A stretch of 64,000 nt of DNA from an uncultured Acidimicrobiaceae bacterium (lineage in GTDB: Bacteria; Actinomycetota; Acidimicrobiia; Acidimicrobiales; RAAP-2): contig CAVTPF010000004.1 in assembly GCA_963736525.1 (NCBI GenBank), positions 44,989 to 108,988 of the forward strand. Direction: 5' to 3'. The translations under genes were made by a program, and so were the position numbers. Positions 63,997 through 64,000 of the stretch are shown in pieces; position 1 is the first letter of the stretch; each line of letters begins with the position of its first letter. Under the pieces are notes generated by a model that was given only the letters and a program-made list of their open reading frames with translations, was not told the origin of the DNA and ran no database searches.

Positions 63997-64000
63997 CGGG

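Overview
High-GC, densely coded actinobacterial-type chromosomal window. Taxon hints are a mycothiol-type LMW-PTP ArsC, LLM/F420-type oxidoreductases, a class E sortase homologue and DUF2510 proteins. I could not recognise any rRNA, tRNA, CRISPR array, transposase or integrase. Left to right: (1) housekeeping and accessory metabolism at 0.3-6.9 kb (aldehyde dehydrogenase, MarR with a divergent phosphoesterase/phospholipase C, two LLM oxidoreductases). (2) An arsenic cluster at 6.9-10.8 kb (arsR divergent from ArsI/CadI, MIP channel, CoADR-like flavoprotein, ArsC), followed by a frameshifted chrA. (3) A complete pst operon in the unusual order pstB-S-C-A (14.2-18.2 kb). (4) Assorted metabolism, a YdbS/YdbT-like PH-domain pair and a P450/TetR pair (18.3-26.8 kb). 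(5) A Wzx/Wzy-type polysaccharide locus in two parts (29.0-41.2 kb and 55.8-63.0 kb). It holds two convergent sulfotransferases, two beta-helix proteins, Ig-like exoproteins, a priming transferase, a Wzy-GT4 fusion, a Wzz/BY-kinase-like protein and a GH18 protein. (6) Between the two polysaccharide parts (41.6-55.7 kb) lies the most unusual region. It contains a second pstC-A-B set, three oversized PstS-fold exoproteins (two with non-LPXTG C-terminal anchors), a class E sortase homologue that lacks the catalytic His and Cys, and a cupredoxin-like lipoprotein. This region is present as two collinear, reciprocally decayed copies, and each copy is headed by the same 162-nt non-coding module. Many long ORFs in the track are antisense or out-of-frame shadows typical of high-GC DNA and were not called. 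All functional calls rest on motifs read by eye from the translations; no database search was run.
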